NCBI RefSeq assembly: GCF_009914755.1
Contig: NC_060933.1
Strand: one strand, 5' to 3'
Length of the DNA: 64,000 nucleotides
Source: the human T2T-CHM13v2.0 reference genome, Homo sapiens
Under the pieces are notes generated by a model. The model worked only from the letters and a program-made list of their open reading frames with translations. It was not told where the DNA came from and searched no databases. Each line of letters starts with the position of its first letter. Positions within the stretch are counted from its first letter, which is position 1. A program made the translations under genes and the position numbers. Positions 1 through 19,335 of this stretch are shown here, piece after piece.

Positions 1-173
1 AGGGTTTTCTTTTAAACTGAGTTTTATGATTGGGGTTGGAGGTGGGTATCCCTATTTTCCTAGATCCATGTATACCCAGCCTATGCTTGGGGTTGACACA
101 TGGCATTAGAATGTAGAAGGCAGAAAGAAAAGGTTGACATGAACATAATCCTGAAAACAATAATAATTTTCCA

Positions 174-321
174 GGAGAGGGATAGCATTAGGAGAAATAG
201 CTAATGTAGATGACGGGTTGATGGGTGCAGCAAACCACCATGGCACATGAATACTTAGGTAACAAACCTGCATGTTCTGCACGTGTGTCCCAGAACTTAA
301 AGTATAATAAAAAATGATAAT
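174..321 (+). mobile_element. Heavily 5'-truncated L1PA 3' end (~150 bp) with 15-bp TSD
   Basis: L1PA 3'UTR terminus (GGGATAGCATTAGGAGAAATA...CCCAGAACTTAAAGTATAATAAAAAA), flanked by identical AATAATAATTTTCCA at 159-173 and 322-336. Confidence 0.9.
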
Positions 322-3300
322 AATAATAATTTTCCATTTGCCAAAGCATGTAGTAATTTTTGTGACTAAGAAGAAAAGAATGTTGATTATATTTATTTAT
401 GATTAAATATTAAATTGATCAATATCAAAAGAAACTAATCCAGGTAAAGGATGCAATCATTGTTATTATATATATAATATTAAGAGGGGTTAATCCATTT
501 AAAATCAATTTAAAAATCAAATATAAGCTGGGCTTTCGACTGAGATTTTACCTTTCAAATCTTAGGCTTGATTTTATTAATTTTGATGAAAGATCAGATA
601 TTACTCTTAGATAAAAATGATTATCTCTGTTTTTCCAATTAATGTTTTATTAGGTTTTCCACACAACAGCCTCAAATATTTTGACTAGTTACCATTAATA
701 TTTGTAATTTCAAATAGAATTATCTAGATTTTGAAATGGATAGTTTTCACTAAATAATTGCTAAATATGCAATCAACTCCATGCTAGGTAGATGCAGAGA
801 TATGTGCTTTATATGCTTTTATGGGTCTGTGGCTGTGCCTTGGCTAAAGCTGAGGAATGCTTCCTGGCAGCCAACGTAAAAAGGAAAACACGATATATGG
901 CCTTCATCGTTTGATATGAGGAAGAGCTCTAATTCATTGGAAGAGAGACATTTTCCTGGAACTGCACCTCAAAGTACAGTTTGTCAAAAAGATCCAGATA
1001 CAAAGGGTATTAGAGCAACATTGCAGATAATCTCTTTAATAGCAACAGAAAAAAAATCAGAAACATATTTACATGGGTTATTCTTAGAAAGTGTATACTC
1101 GCTCACTCTGCCTGAGCAATGCCAAATACGGCCGAGGAATGACACAAGAATCTCTGCAAGATTATGTTGTCTTGTAAAGAGTTTTTAAAGTTCTAACTTA
1201 GTATAGAGGTAGGGGTTTGAAAACCTTAAGTACAAACTTAGCATGTCTCATAGAATATGTTTCTGTAAACAGAAATGATCTTGAGCAGGTTTAGGCAAGG
1301 GCTGCTGAACTGCCAGTTCTTGTTCCACTCAACGCCAAGTTGCCAGAGAGTGAGGAGTGTGTGTGTGCCTGGGTGGAAAGATTCCTATGCATTAGGTGCT
1401 GTGTGTGGATTATCAGGTTGATATTTTGTCAGAAAATTTAAACAACTTGAGCTACTTTTCTTTTTTCCTGGATGGAAGGCCATCAAGCTTCCTCACAGAA
1501 ATGGGATTGCAAACCATTCGTTCATTCACCCATTCAAACAATTGGTGTTACTGACCAAAACCGATATGACGGGCACTGAGAAAACAGTGAACCAGAAGAC
1601 ATTCTTACATCCTTTATATTCAAGGGAAGGGAAGTTTTTAAAAATAAACAAAAAAACTTTTAGCCAATCCAAGCCTCTTGAAAATCTTACATTCACCATT
1701 CAGAGCTCATTTAGAGCATGTATCATAACAGTCAACAGGCCACTACTGTCTCCAATAAAAACTCATTTTGTGACTTTCAGTATGCTAATTCAAGAAGCCC
1801 CAAGGTGTTGGGTAAGGAATGCCTGAGTGCGGCCTTTCTGATAGAATGCTAGCTCACCATCTTGGACTGTGGATTCCTGGTCAGAGTAACTGATAGAGCC
1901 TGTCTCTGCGGAAGTATTTTGTGGCCAGTTGCTGACGTCATAATTGTCCACATTTGAAGGGAGGAGGAGAGTGAGGGCACATCAAAGGCAGAATCCACAT
2001 CCTTTACATTTTGGGTAAAACCCACATACCCACCAGAGTTTCCTAGCCAAATCAATTTTGATTCCTCAGGCCTTAGAATTTCTAGGAAAATAAAACTGTT
2101 GGCCATGCTCCAATAAAAAGAAATGTTTACAGTTTTCTTATCACTCTGGAGACATGAACTTTTCTTCCCTCACTCCTCCAGTAAACCCAAAAGATAAAAG
2201 TTTGAAATGATAACAGATTTCAAAGGAAAAACTTTAATCTTACCTCCTGCCCAGACAGCAACCACAGGGTACCCAGCTGATTTTTATAAAATCGTGTGTA
2301 ACATATCTTTAAACAACAATTTGAAATGTAGTAACCATTTTCATTTCTGCATCTTCTTGGAGTTAAGACACCAAAACTGCATGACCATCATCCTGAAACA
2401 TGTCCGGGGCAAACACTCTGGGCAAACAATCTTTTAAATTGCTGATGTGGGCAATGGTTCTGCTAAGGTTTTACCAATAAGTAACCAACGTGGAAAAACT
2501 AGGCAATTTTAGGAATCAGAAGAGGAGGACTCGGAGAAGAAAACACTTGCCCAAATTCACGTATAATCACAAAGTAATGTTGGTCATTGGCAGAGAAGTG
2601 CAAAGAGACTTTCACTGTCATCTCTCATCAAGAGATCAGATTTGGGAATTATTTATAATGAGCCCATATAATGGGCTGAAAAATAATCAATTCCTACTTA
2701 AAATACCCTTAACATTGAGGTTCCTAAGTCTCGCTAATCATGCGTGTAAAATAAATATAAAGGTTAATGAAACTGAAATAAAATGAGGCATCAACAAGTT
2801 TATAAAACTTATTTGGTGGAGCAGAGAATTCATGGGCCTCAATTCAATTATTTCAAGGGAGTAGCTTCCTTGCTAGGCAGATTAATGGACAGTTTAACAG
2901 ACAGTTAAAGCAAGCTGTGACTACCCCATGCCTGGCAACCCTCTCTCTTGATTTAATAGACACGATTGGAACAAATAGTCTGGCAAAGTAAGAAAGTCGG
3001 CCTCTTAATGAAAACTCCCAAAACAAACAGAAATGTATTTACTTTTGAAAATAAACTGGTCTTAAAAAACAGAAATAAATTAAATCTCAGAGGGAGACAG
3101 CCACATAGCCTGCCAATGAATAAAGATTTGGGGACACAGTGGTGCAGGAGAAGGATCCAGTGTGATATTATAAGTGTTTCATTGCTGGAGTCTGGTAGCT
3201 CTTTCCTCTACCCGTCCTCAGTACAAGGTAAATGATTACTAGTGATAACTTAGAAAATGGCACTAAGTGAAGCCTCCAGAGCTGTTTCCCTCCTGCTATG

Positions 3301-4112
3301 GTCCTAGATCTTAAATAATGATCCACCATAATGAAAGAACAGGAATGGCTGCTTCAGAATGGACTCATATCACCCATCACATTGTCAGAAGACCTACTTT
3401 CCATCTCCTTCGGTAATGCATGAATCAGTGTCCCTACTCTAGATAAGAATTCTTCTCAACAAGATGCAGATATCTTCATCTACTACATTGTATGAGGTTA
3501 AGTAGCCTTCATTTAATGACAACCACTTTTCTGCAGATTTTTCCTACACTTGGCTTTCTCTTACTGAGAAGGTTTTTGAAACATTCCTTCACATTTATTC
3601 ATCTCATGCTGTCGGCTAACCTGTATGATCTCAGAAAATTCCAGAATACAAACATTCTGTCAAAGCCTATGTGGTTGGTTACACCACTCATAGAAGCAGT
3701 GTGGATTAGAATAATAAAAATCAGATTCCAAGCTTCTATGGTATAAAATAGGAGAGTGCCCTAGCTTTCATTTCCATTAAGCTTAAATCTGTGTAATGAT
3801 GCTACATGTCAATGTCATGGTTTCTAATAATATAATCCAGTAGTTATCATGAGAAACAATCAATTTGTTGGATAAGTGTTATTAGAAAAAGCACTCAATG
3901 TAAAAAGCAGAATTATTGTTAGTCCAGAGGCTTTAGCATTCAGATGGAAAATACAAATAATTCCAATGAACAGGCCAATTTTATTTATTTGTTTGTTTCT
4001 TCTGTAGAAGTAGAGAGTTCAATTCCAACAGACTATTACTTTGCTTGAAAACAGATATCATATAGTAAAAAATACAGTTTTTAGGAATTCAAATTTTTAA
4101 TGGGCAAAGTGA

Positions 4113-4498
4113 GTGTTATTAGTTTGCTACAGCTGCTATAACAAAGTACAACAGATTTGGTGGCTTCAATTATAGAAATTTGTTTCCTCACAGTTCTGGA
4201 AGATGGAAGCCTGAGCTCCACGTGTCAGCAGGGCAGGTGCCTCCTGAGGCCTCTCTCCTTGGCTTGTAGGCAGCGTCTTCTCCCTGTGTCTTCACATAAT
4301 CTTCCCTCTGTGAGTCTGTGTCCTCATATCCTCTTCTAATAGGGTCACCAGTCAGATTGGATTAGAGCCTTAATGACCTCATTTTAATATAACTACCTTT
4401 TTAAAGACTGTATCTCCAAATACAGTCACATTCTGAAGTACTGGGGGTTAGGACTTCAACATAGGAATTTGGGGGAGGACAGAATTTAGCCTATGAGA
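4113..4498 (-). mobile_element. MaLR solo LTR, MLT1B-like
   Basis: Reverse complement resembles MLT1B consensus as recalled (GTTGAAGTCCTAACCCCCAGTAC...CAGAACTGTGAG...GCAAACTAATA). Confidence 0.8.
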
Positions 4499-4524
4499 GT
4501 GAGCAATTAAAAATACTTGTCCTG

Positions 4525-4817
4525 GGCTGGGCACAGTGGCTCACACCTATAATCCCAATGCTTTAGCAGGCCGAGGTGGGGGGATCACTTGAGGTCAGGA
4601 GTTCGAGACCAGCCTGACCAATGTGGTGAAACCCCATCTCTACTAAAAATACAAAAATTAGCCAGGCATGGTGGTGCACGCCTGTAATCCTAGCTACTTG
4701 GGAAGCTGAAGCATGAGAATCCCTTGAACCCAGGAGGCAGAGGTTGCAGTGATCCGAGATAGTGACACTGCACTCCAGTGTGGGCAATAGAGAGAGACTC
4801 TGTTTCAAAAAAAAAAA
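4525..4817 (+). mobile_element. Alu (AluS-type), first of a tandem pair
   Basis: Dimeric Alu with A tail; preceded by AAAATACTTGTCCTG. Confidence 0.95.
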
Positions 4818-4822
4818 GTCCT

Positions 4823-5193
<371 letters not shown>

Positions 5194-5299
5194 CTAAAGT
5201 ACTGGACTCTGAGACACCAGAACAGATGCAAAACTCTTGAGGTCTTTGAGGAAAATGTGGGCCACTCCTCACTGCCTATTGGACATCTCTATTACCAGG

Positions 5300-5860
5300 C
5301 CTAATTCCCATGTTTAAAACGGAACTAATTTCCTGCTACCCTTAACCTATCCTCCCCCAAATCCCAGTCTTTCCATTTCAGCAAGTTTAGCACTTCCAAC
5401 CAGTGTCTTTGCCAAAACCCTCGGCATCATCTTTAATTTCTCTTCTCCTTTCACACCCCATATTCTATCCCTCAGCAAATCCCATCTAGCTACTTTCACA
5501 GCAGGGTCTGAACCCTATCCTGTCTCACTGTCTCCACCCTGAGAGCCCTTGCCTGGATTCCTGCAATACTCCCACTAGTCTCCCACTCCATTCCTGATCC
5601 CTTTATATTTTGTTTGCAGGAGCCAAAGTGATCCTTTTAAGGTGTAAGTCAGATCATGTCACATCTAAGAAAATAAAATCCAAATTAAATTCTATCCGGT
5701 CTATAAGGTTGCACATCATCTGGCCCCGGCTAAGTCATTGGCCTCTATTTCTATCAGTCATCCTCACCCAAGATTCCATGCTCTGAATAGTTTCCAATCT
5801 TCTTCCACTGTAAAAATTTCCTGTTGTCCATTTCCTTAGCACCCAGCATTGTGACAAAAC
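5300..5860 (+). mobile_element. L2 LINE fragment
   Basis: Degenerate L2-like text (CCAAAACCCTCGGCATCATCTTT; GCCAAAGTGATCCTTTTAA...TCAGATCATGTCAC). Confidence 0.55.
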
Positions 5861-6359
5861 CATCATGGCGAGGCTCTCGGTAAAGCTTGTGGGTTTGTGT
5901 ATTATTTCAAAGTGACCTCTTTCATCAACACCAAGGGCCTTTTATGTGCCACACTCAGTGAAGGAACCAAAGTGGCAAATGTTAGGGGTCAGAATGGTCC
6001 AGAGGAGGAGGTCATTTTAGGTGGGAGTCTTTACCTATGCTCCAAAATGTATACTCCATGGCCTTGCAAACTGCTGGTCCCCAGTGCTGACATCCTATTC
6101 ATGAACATTAACTAGGCTTTCTGTTAGGGATTTTTAAAATTTTGTTCCTCTTGTTTTCTAGATCAATGGGTTATTGTCAATCATTGTCATTTTTATGATG
6201 ATGATGATGATGCACTAAACATCTTGTCTTTCTCTTATCTTTCTCTTGTCTTTCTCACTTTCTATAAAATAATACAATTATATCTACTTTTTACATTAGG
6301 ATATTCCCATTAAGCTAATGTGAGATGGTTGACTTTTTAAAATCTATGGGCAAAGCAAT

Positions 6360-7005
6360 TGTAGCAGATGCTGTTTTGGTGCCCCACCCATACTCCTGGG
6401 TTCTATCACTTCAGTGCTGGCCTGCCACTTGATGGCTGATGGGAGCTGCATCTCTTTGCTGAGGATGGGCAAGGCCACTCCTCCCACTCACTGGAGGCAG
6501 ATGTGCCAGAGGAATCAACCGTTCCACCCCAGCAGTCTTTACAATGAGATTGCAGTTGGTGTATAAATACCCCAGCTCCCTCTATCCTCAGGCAGGTGAA
6601 ATTTGCAATGTGTCCTATAACATTTCTCAGAGTTTCCTCACAGAAGTAATCTCTAGCTTAATTTTAGGGATAGTAGGCTTTAAAATGTCCCCTAACTGGA
6701 GGCTTTCCCTTCCTTGTCTTACTCCTCCACTCCTCTGCTGATTTTCCCATACCAGCGGCACGCTAGTAAACCAGTGCTCAAAATACAGAGGAAAACAACA
6801 AGCGGAATAGAAACAGCCCCTGTGTGAAGCAGCTGCTGGTCTCCACAGTGTCTATGCTCCCACCATGGCCTGTTTCAAGCTCTCAATGGGACATCCCTGA
6901 ATCTGGGAAGGACAGCACTGTCAGCTCTCCTCAGCCAGGACAAACTGCCTCCTAAATAAGGGCCTTACTTCAGGGTGTGCCACAAGGGAAACACAAACTA
7001 AGACA
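6360..7005 (+). mobile_element. ERVL LTR16-like solo LTR, interrupted by a small DNA-transposon-like insert (~6750-6945)
   Basis: TGTAGCAGATGCTG start, GGTGTATAAATACCCCAGCTCCC core, AAACTAAGACA end. Confidence 0.55.
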
Positions 7006-7772
7006 GAAATGAAAGCTCAGAGAAACTAGGCAATTTTCTCAGGTATGAACACCTGGTCAGTGGCTGAAGGAATGCCTATTGTTACCTGATAAATTATATG
7101 GTAAACTGTGATATCAGCATGTTAGTTGCTTAGGCGTTTACTTATTTGTCAAATAGTCATGCATTAAACACAGATACCTTATACAGAGGAGTGAAAGGAA
7201 TTGTAATTTTATTATTTTAAAAACTATGAAGTAGATAAAGAAATCCTGCATTGCAACATTATATCACAATGTTCTATCAAACGCTTGATTTCCTCCTATT
7301 CACTATTCTTTGCTGCATCAGTTTCACTGGCCCTGTTCTCATGCCTGCTTAATGTGAGATTAATTTTGCACAGTAAGATTAAGAACCATAACTATATATT
7401 GTATTCTTCAGTAGAACAGAAATCATCAGTCTTGGGCTTTTCCTTTAAAAGCATGTTGCTAAAATATATGTAGAACCTCGTAACTTTTGAGAACACTGCC
7501 TTGAAGATGCTTGTTTTTGAAAAGATTTTCCACTGCCAAGAAATTCCAAGCAGCTCAACTCCTTTTGCTTTTCCTTTGCAACACGGGCTCCATTTTGCCA
7601 AGCTCATGAAGCCTAATCTGCAGGAATGACCCTCCAGTGTGCAAAATGAAAGAATTTCAATTCACAGGAACATTCTGTCTTGAACTCCTACAAAAATGGG
7701 TCAGTGTGCCAAGTATGATACATGATATGAATTGGATGCTAAGAGAAACTTGGCTGATTGATTCATACATAA

Positions 7773-7980
7773 TTTTTCTTTCTTTCTTTTTCTTTTTTTT
7801 TTTTTTTGAGACAAGGTCTCATTCTGTCACCCAGGCTGGAGTGCAATGGCATGAGCATGAGCATAGCTCACCGCAACCTCAGACTCCTGAGTAGCTGGGA
7901 CTACAGGTGTGCAGCACCACACCCAGCCATTTTTTTTTTTTTAAAGAGATGGAGGTCTTGCCACTTTGCCCAAGCTAGTT
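7773..7980 (-). mobile_element. Partial old Alu (AluJ-like)
   Basis: Poly-T then GAGACAAGGTCTCATTCTGTCACCCAGGCTGGAGTGC; internal deletions. Confidence 0.85.
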
Positions 7981-9818
7981 ATTCCTACTTCTAATCATCT
8001 TTTCCTCTTTGGAATCTCTTCCTGCTCATCTGGTAGAAACAAACATGAGTTTCAGAGGTAAATCATTTCCTTTAATGCTATGAACCCCACGTGCCGATTT
8101 TAACTTCTCTTTTACTAAATTTATGGCTTTCTCAATACCCTCCTCTATTTAAATCCCTCTTCAAGTTATTCTTTATTTAGTAGATTGTAATGTCCTCGAT
8201 TGGAGAAGTCCAGGTCTATAAAGCGTTTCATGACTGTTAATGCTCTAATCATATGATTTTGTGGCACAGAAGTAGATACTGGGTCTAATTAGGCAAATTA
8301 ACAGTGCATAAATTGTAAACTAGGTCATTGGTGGGCTGTTTAGGTCTGGGAAGAGATAATGCTCATTTAATTTACTCAAAGAGCCATTTATCAAATGCCT
8401 ACTTTTGTGTCAGGAACTGGGCATGCTAAGAGTATTCTAATGGAATATGGAGGAGTTAACACCTTACTTGCTGTTTTGTTTTGTCCTTTTTAACTTGGTC
8501 AATGTTTTACTTGTATTACTCTCATAACATCTTCAATACCCTGTCTTGAATCCATTGATTTGTGTATTTATCTCCCTCCCCTTCATTAGATTTTAAGCAC
8601 TTTCAAGAAAGGGACTTGGTCTTATTTATAGACCATGCATCCAAGTGCCTCACAGATAGATCCTTGAGAAATATTGTTAAACTGAACTGAGAGGTGAACG
8701 CCTATGTTTTTGGTCTGCACTTGAGCTAGAGTCAAAACACAGGACTCTTGACTTCACATTCCCAGATGCTTTTCCCTCTATTTATAACTTGTACAGAATT
8801 TGTGACACAAATGCCTTTTGTGTCTGAAGAGTTTATTACTAATGGGACCACTTGCATCTTTAATATGGCAACACGTACGAGTGCCTATTTGGATAAGAGC
8901 TTGTTGAATTTTCTTCTGACTCAGCAGATTGATTCTTTCACTGGCTCCTCTAAATGTGGCCCAAAGTTGTGGGTGGCAAAAATGCAGCCTGTGGACCACC
9001 TGTGTTCTCTAGGCTGTATTTGAAACAGGGAGAGTTCTTGAATTCCAGATGTAATCCAGGCTTCCAGCACAGCTTGCCTGAGAAGAGCCGTGCCTAGGAA
9101 ACCCTGAGCCAGTGATGGGGCTGGTCCCTGAAAATGCATTGTCCACCCTTTCCCCACTCACAGTCCTTAGCCTTCAACCCAATTCTCAAGTTTTGGTCTG
9201 CTTTTAATTGAGTACTTAGGAATTCACAATAAATCTTTGCACACACTTTTCTATTTCCCACTATTTTCTCCAACTTGATTCCATATGTCAGCTTTCTCCC
9301 TTGTGCCTTCCTCTCTTCATTCCAATCCTCTCCTCTTCCATGGGTAGAGTGCCAGAAAACCCTAACACCCTGGCTGGGCCATTTTGCTGAAGTCTTGCAT
9401 CAAAGACATATAACTCTGTGATGTAAATTAAAGTCAAGTGTACGAATGTGATTGTATTATAAAATGGATACGACAAGCACAAGATTAAGACCAACCAACC
9501 TTGTGGATGATAAATATGTGGATCTTTGTTGTCAATTCCTCCCCCGTCCCATGGTATGCAAGCCCCCCTCATCCTGGAGCTCTTTCCCATTGAGCCTGGG
9601 CATGACTACAGCATCCTCTTCAGCACTGAGTTTCAAGTGTCTATGATCTTCTATCAGAGTTGGCCACAATTTGGAAGCTTTCTTTAAAATCCTCTTTCGC
9701 ATTCCTTCTCCTCTTGGGAGACAAGAACTATTTTCTGAAGGAGTGGTTTCTTCAAGTGTGGTTTCTAGGCCAGCAGCATAAGCATTACCTGGGAACTTGT
9801 TAGAAATGTAAATTCTTG

Positions 9819-12162
<2,344 letters not shown>

Positions 12163-14155
12163 CTCAGTCTGTGTCTTAACTAGCGTCCAGGTAATTCTGA
12201 TGCTGTTTTGCGTGTGTTTTATCCTTTATCTTATACTTAGCCAGTCTAAGTTTGAGAGGGTCATAATCAAATGGTTTTCCCAATGCACAGAAGGCATTTT
12301 ATCTTGATATTATGACCACTCTCACTTCAATATTCTAATGGGAATCCTAGACTCTGACAGTGCTCATATCAAAAAGGAAAATAACCAACTTAATCCATTC
12401 TTGGTATAACCAGTAAGTGATCCCCTGAGTTTCTCTCGTGGCCCTGTGATAATTAACCACCAAAGAACACTGATGAAATTCAGCTCATTGGACTCTAGAA
12501 ATAAAGTTTTCTAACAGATACTCTTAAAAAGCTTTATATATACTCTTTGAAATTTTTTTTACCAAAGTTGAGTTTAAACTTGTTTATGGTAAGCAAGGTT
12601 CACCTCAAGTTTAGTGCTGTGAGTTAATAAAAATAAAATTGAAAAGCTCAGCTCAATTTTGTATTAAAACCTGATTAGAACCATGCTAAATTGGTACTTA
12701 GCTTTCGTGTATTAATTTTAAAAAGAGTCTAACACACCATAAACAAATCTACTTGTATAGTTAAAAGCTGGCTTGTGTATAGCCAAGCTCAATTAGCTAC
12801 ATCTAAGCATGGCATCTACATGCATGCCCAAGCTTTGTAGCAATACTCAGAAATTTATCTTCCACAAAGTCCTGGGAGAGAAGGAGTTACATTAAAGCTG
12901 CCAAACATTTCAAAATTCAGTGACATAGACTAATTTCTACTTATTATTTAGATACCCAGGTTTACTTAACTGACAAATTGGACTTTATTAGTTAGCTATA
13001 TCTTTCAATGGTCAGTCATCATCCAACCTTGAAATAAATGTTATTTGATTAAAGCAGTAATGGTTAAAACATTTAAACCACATGCTGTAGATCTGATAAA
13101 TCAAGTCAATATGTGTAAAGGGAAGAATTATTAGAGGATTTATGAAATCTGGCCCGAACAAATTAATTCATCAGTTTAGCCAAAGGTCTGTCAATGAATT
13201 CAAGAACCTTTTCAAAAAGGGAAACATCTGTTGCAATTTAAGTTTCTGTTTATAAGTGAATGTGGTAGATTGTTCTTTCTGAAAAGGGATACAGTTTACA
13301 CAAACAGATTTGAAAGTTAATTTGAAATTGCTCAATGTCTTTGAGAATCAGAGGGCAATCCTTAGGGGATTTGGACAATTACTGTCCTTTCCACCCCTTC
13401 TTGGTGATGGAAGGGAATTTGAACCTCACCAGGACTGCAAAATGTTCCAACAAACCATGATGCCAACTGTCCAGGAACAGATTACTGCCTAGGTAATAAT
13501 GCGAAGTCTCTACCTATCTGTGTTGGATTTATTAAAATCATATACTTAATGGAAGATTTAAAGGTACTTCCAAGCAAGTACTTATACATATACCATACAT
13601 ACACATATATTTCTGCTTTATACATTTACTTAGAATCTAACTTTTAAGTTAGAAGAGACTCCATTATATTTTGAGCTAGTAAGGTGAGTAATAAACACAT
13701 TTAATAGATAAGAAAACTGAAGCTCAGAATCATTGCATGAATTTATTCAAGATTGCACAGCTAGCAAGTGGCAGGACTTAAAACTGAACTAGTGTCATTT
13801 AACACAGACATTGTTTTTCCTGTTGCAACACACACCTAACCATTCCCGGTTGTATTTTCATAATAATGGGGGCTCATCGGGGTCACCAACCTTTGCTACT
13901 CAATCTGTAATAGTGGATCAGCATCATCAGTGTGTCCTCAGAGCTTGTTAAAATGCAGAATCTCAGGCCCTACCCCAGACCTAATGAATTAAAATACGCT
14001 TTCTGACAAGATCCCTAGGCACATGTTATTGTTTAAGAACGTCTGTTTTAGAACTCACTTTGGGAAACCTGTGCTAGAATTTATTGTAATGCTGAAAAAG
14101 ACCAGCTGAAACTCTTAAGATTTGATTTCAACATTCAAAAAATAATTTTCTATAG

Positions 14156-14560
<405 letters not shown>

Positions 14561-14589
14561 AAAGATATGTATTTTTATCAGCACAAAGA

Positions 14590-15959
14590 TGTCAGAGGCG
14601 TTTGAACCAGAGCAACTCCATCTTGAATAGGAGCTGTGTAAAACGAGGCTGAGACCTACTGGGCTGCATTCCAAGGAGGTTAAGGCATTCTAAGTCACAG
14701 GGTAAGATTAGGAGGTCGGCACAAGACACAGGTCATAAAGACCTTGCTGATAAAACAGGTTGCAATAAAGAAGCTGGGTGCAGCTGTAGCAGCCCTCCTA
14801 GGTGCAGGACCTGGGCACCTCTGCACCTGCATCCTCCGGGGACCTGGGAAGGCCCACACTCCCCCCCAACACATGCCCCTCTACCCCCACTCCCCACCCC
14901 CATCCCTGCAGGTTTGGGGGTGCCTGCTACCGGTGCCTGGCCTCTCTCCTCTCCCGGTGCCTGCTGTGATCTCAGAGGGGGATTGAGGCCGAGCCCCAGG
15001 ACCATGAATGGCAGTGGAAGGCAGACAGATTCGTGGGTGGAAGTGGGTGGTCCCCAGTAAGTCCCCTCCTTCAGGCCAGGGAGGGCCTGTAGGCTGGGGG
15101 GGCCTGGCTGCCAGTCAGTCCCAAGACCAGAGCAGGGACTCATGATGCCTCTTCCAGGCCGCCTGTGGCCACCCACCAACCAATTAGCATGCACTTCCTC
15201 CCCTCTAAAGGCCATAAAAGCCCCCAGCTCAGCCAGAGCAGAACAAAGGATGGAGAGGCCACCGGAAGACCAGTTGCAGAGAGGAATTACCCTTTCTGCT
15301 GACAAGACAACCTGCTGGCAGAGAGGAGCTATCCTCTCTGCTGAGAGCTTCAGAGACCTGCAGCCATGTCCAAACGACCTGTCTGCACAGAGGAGCCACC
15401 CTCTCCAGGGCCTCCTCTCTGCTGAGAACTGAACACTCCACTAGACAACCTGCATACAGAGAGGAGCTACCCACTGTGGACTTCCTCCCAGCTGTTGCAA
15501 CACTCAGTAAAGCTCCTCTTCATATTGTTCATCTTCCACTTGTCTGCACACCTCACTCTTCCTGGATCCAGGACAAGAACTCGGGCAAAGGCCCTGCCAG
15601 CATGGAGGTTTCCAGCCAGAAAAGCAACACCCCAAAGATCCCGTCACACCACCAGCTCCAGCTCCGTGATGGTTTATAAAATGCCACGGCAACATCAGAA
15701 AGTTACCCTATATGGTCTAAAAGAGGGGAAGCATGCATAATCCACCCCTTGTTTAGCATATCATCAAGGAATAACCATAAAAATGGGCAACCAGCAGCCC
15801 TCGGGGCTGCTCTGCCTATGGAGTAGTTATTCTTGTATTCCTTTACTTTCTTAATAAACTTGCTTTCACTTTACTCTATGGATTCGCCTGGAATTCTTTC
15901 TTGCACAAAATCCAAGAACACTCTCTTGGGGTCTGGATCAGGACCCTTTTCCCGTAACA
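14590..15959 (+). mobile_element. MER41A-like ERV1 LTR interrupted by a MER52-like LTR segment (~14776-15648)
   Basis: TGTCAGAGGCGTTTGAACCAGAGCAACTCCATCTTG start; GGACCCTTTTCCCGTAACA end; flanks AAGA/AAGG; GC-rich insert with repeated GCAGAGAGGAGCTA units ending CCCGTCACA. Confidence 0.8.
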
Positions 15960-16361
15960 AAGGTAGAAGACAGCTTCTATTATCAAAAGGCCTTTATCAA
16001 GCTGTGGCTTCATAATAACCAGCCCTCAATGTCAGGAGTTGATGACAGTCACTCAATATTAAATTTTGGTTTGGGGGTCTTTGTGAACTGCAAATTCTGA
16101 CTGGCTTTTAGAAAAAAAAATTGTAGCCATGACAAAAAGTATTCAATTCCTATCTCTGATATTTTCTGTTCAATAAAACTCCATAGAATTAAAACTTGAA
16201 ATTCTCTAATTGTGCCTGTGATGTACTTAAGCATAGCAGAGCCTCCACTGGAGATGGGACTGTACTCATCATGAGACCTGGCCACACTCAGAACTGTCAG
16301 GAGACCTGGCAGGGCTCCTAAGTGTCTATGCACATGAGAATCCAGGAGCTTTGGTGAGTCT

Positions 16362-18909
<2,548 letters not shown>

Positions 18910-18929
18910 TATAAAGTCTGTTTTTTTAA

Positions 18930-19335
18930 AGTGCACATGCCCATGAAATGACATATTTTGTAAGAACCAAAGCAACAGAATGGAAATGGAAGAATTTGCA
19001 TATAATGGAATACTCCATAGCAATGAAAAAGAACAAACCACAGCTGCATGTAACAACATGAGTGTATCTCACACACATAAGACACAAGAGAGTACATCTT
19101 GTGTTGTTTCATTCACATAAAGTTTAAGAACAGGTGAAATGAATCCCTGGTGATAGAAATCAGGATCATGATTACCTTTAGGCGGAAGGAGGTTAGAGCT
19201 AGGAGGAAGCATGATAGAATCTTCTGGGATGCTTAAAATGTTCAATATTTTGCTCCAGATGGTGGTTACACAGGTGGATTCATATCCAAAAATTCACCAA
19301 GCTGTATACACTTAAGTTTTGTGCACTTTGCTGCA
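18930..19335 (+). mobile_element. L1ME-like 3' end
   Basis: TATAATGGAATACT...GGTGGTTACACAGGT...AAATTCACCAAGCTGTATACACTTAAG. Confidence 0.6.

Noticed and set aside
14733-15740. 190-aa and neighbouring ORFs
   Set aside because: They lie in GC-rich LTR sequence with no gag, pol or env motifs.
15700-15760. MER41 as an interferon-gamma/STAT1 enhancer
   Set aside because: The tandem GAS (TTCCNGGAA) segment typical of MER41B is absent; this copy reads like MER41A.
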